Assembly: GCA_049616955.1 (NCBI GenBank)
Contig: JBMZIJ010000002.1
Coordinates: 25,972-89,971 of the forward strand
Direction of reading: 5' to 3'
From: Candidatus Poseidoniaceae archaeon
Lineage (GTDB): Archaea; Thermoplasmatota; Poseidoniia; Poseidoniales; Poseidoniaceae
Length of the DNA stretch: 64,000 bases
Below the pieces are notes generated by a model. That model was not told where the DNA came from. It saw nothing but the letters and a program-made list of their open reading frames with translations, and made no database searches. The position numbers and the translations under genes are program-made. This document shows positions 62,482 through 64,000 of this stretch, piece after piece. Every line of letters begins with the position of its first letter. The first letter of the stretch is position 1.

Positions 62482-64000
62482 ATGGCGGGGCCTGGAGACG
62501 TTTTTGAGCGCTCGATGAGCATCAATGCCAAGTTTCTTCCTCGTCTTCAAGCAGCGGTTGAGCAGAACGCCTTGCTTCGTATTGGGTGGACGGGTTCTGG
62601 TGAAGAAGTACCGAAAGATGGTGAGATAGGGCTTTGCCCTGCCATGCCGGAGGGTGCTCGCATTCGTGCATTAGGGAAACTTGGTTCTTGGATCAGTAGC
62701 TTTGGATTAGGAGGTTCTTTCGATATTGAAGGAGAAGCCGGTTCATTTTTTGGAGCCTACAACAAGGGGAGTAAACTCTCTGCAACGGGATACATCGGAC
62801 GGTGTTCAGGTTTCATGATGCAAGGTGGAATCATAACCAGCGGCGATGGCAGTGGTGACGACCTTGGAATGTTCATGAACGATGGATTGATTGCTGTTCG
62901 AGGTGATGTTGGTCAGCGTATAGGCAATGGCATGACTGGTGGCATCATCGTGGTTCAAGGCGATGTTGGTAACGATGCTGGCTGTGGCATGAAAGGTGGG
63001 ATGATTATCATTGAAGGTCGTTGTCCAACCCCTCCACAGGGCACTCTACTTCGCCCACTCACGTCCAAGGAATTGAAAGAAATCAATGGTATGATTGAGA
63101 TCTACAACATGAACCTCGGAAGTGATGCGTTTTGTCTTGAGTCCAACAACAGCATTGAGTATCATATCGATGGTTCAACCGTTTCCTCAGGAGACCTCTC
63201 AAGCATCGCTATCACACCAATGGATGAAGCGCCGCTCATCGAAAACCATGATGTTGACACTGCTGCGTTGATTCACGGTGCCGATGAAGATGCACTTCCG
63301 ATTCTGCTTCCCCTCCCCATCCTTCCGTTCGTCCCTAACGGGAATGTACTCTCCATTGAATCCAATTCAACAGGACGTTTGTCCCACATTCAGACGCAAC
63401 CGTTTCTTGTCGAGGAGCACCCTCGACCGATCGATGTTCTCTCCCTGAACATCAGGAGCTTAGCAACACTTCCAGAGTACTCGAGCACAGTCGCTGGAGC
63501 CTGCATCGATTTTGACAGCCTCCCATCAATGACCGATGAAGAACTCGATGGTCTCCTCGTTATTCTTCGAACCTTGCTCAACCCAGAGTCACCTCTTTTG
63601 GCATGCCAAGGAATCTCAAGAATTCAATCGCTTCAAAAGCGCTCTGTATACCATAACATTCAGGTTGCGGTTTCTCGAATTGAAGATGGAACTGGTGTGC
63701 CCGAGGCTGCAACACTACCCATCATCGGGCGAGCGGTGAAAACGAACCTTGAGTCCTCAGAGACTACAGCTGCCCTTGAATTCGGGTTCACATGCGATGC
63801 TCACGATATCATCGTTGCTCGATGCGCAGGTGCACAATTCGTCATCACGCAACCTCCAGTCTTGGAATCCGACGACATGGAGTTTTGGCTTCAAGGTCTC
63901 TCCATCGATATGAAGCGAATCCTTCGTCAACTCGGGCTTGAATCCATCGACCAAGTTCAACGTGCACATCTACGTGCATTGGATTATGATACGGCTGCCA
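62482..64000 (+). CDS. GXGXG (GltB C-terminal/FwdC-like) beta-helix fused to a degenerate glutamate-synthase-like FMN barrel; partial, runs off the right edge
   Basis: Hand translation from ATG 62482 (MAGPGDVFERS) is open to the window end. Repeats GFMMQGG, GMFMNDGLIAVRGDVG, GNGMTGGIIVVQGDVG, GCGMKGGMIIIEG. C-terminal part GVPEAATLP..DAHDIIVARCAGA..MKRILRQLG..LRALD. Confidence 0.8.
   Translation, partial: MAGPGDVFERSMSINAKFLPRLQAAVEQNALLRIGWTGSGEEVPKDGEIGLCPAMPEGARIRALGKLGSWISSFGLGGSFDIEGEAGSFFGAYNKGSKLSATGYIGRCSGFMMQGGIITSGDGSGDDLGMFMNDGLIAVRGDVGQRIGNGMTGGIIVVQGDVGNDAGCGMKGGMIIIEGRCPTPPQGTLLRPLTSKELKEINGMIEIYNMNLGSDAFCLESNNSIEYHIDGSTVSSGDLSSIAITPMDEAPLIENHDVDTAALIHGADEDALPILLPLPILPFVPNGNVLSIESNSTGRLSHIQTQPFLVEEHPRPIDVLSLNIRSLATLPEYSSTVAGACIDFDSLPSMTDEELDGLLVILRTLLNPESPLLACQGISRIQSLQKRSVYHNIQVAVSRIEDGTGVPEAATLPIIGRAVKTNLESSETTAALEFGFTCDAHDIIVARCAGAQFVITQPPVLESDDMEFWLQGLSIDMKRILRQLGLESIDQVQRAHLRALDYDTAA

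Overview
Gene-dense, mostly housekeeping chromosomal segment of an archaeon. The best fit is Marine Group II Euryarchaeota (Ca. Poseidoniales, Thermoplasmatota). This is inferred from archaeal informational genes (Rpo7, Spt4, eS24, eS31, aIF6, Rpp21, DTD2, archaeal GAPDH, AlaRS and ValRS), a 23S-5S rRNA unit with no linked 16S, and several very large acidic membrane-anchored surface proteins and S8 proteases. There are about 45 CDS, 2 tRNAs, and 23S and 5S rRNA genes. I saw no CRISPR array, transposase or integrase. Three CDS are absent from the supplied ORF track: a partial DxDxDG-repeat protein at the left edge, rps27ae, and a partial GltB-like fusion at the right edge. Most notable observations: (1) A four-gene DNA-damage-tolerance cluster (PolY/DinB, degenerate RadA-like, PolB2, small PolB2 partner). 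Three of the proteins end in PIP-box-like motifs, and both promoter regions carry the identical 10-mer TTCACTTTTC. (2) A ~110-nt structured leader upstream of rpo7-spt4-rps24e-rps27ae that can adopt two mutually exclusive folds, one burying the Shine-Dalgarno-like sequence. (3) A biotinyl/lipoyl-fold domain inserted into an extracellular Ca-binding repeat protein. (4) A GXGXG plus degenerate glutamate-synthase FMN-barrel fusion lacking the Fe-S motif. (5) A canonical bulge-helix-bulge processing stem around the 23S gene. All calls come from reading motifs by eye; no database searches were run. Several start codons are refined from the ORF track and are estimates.
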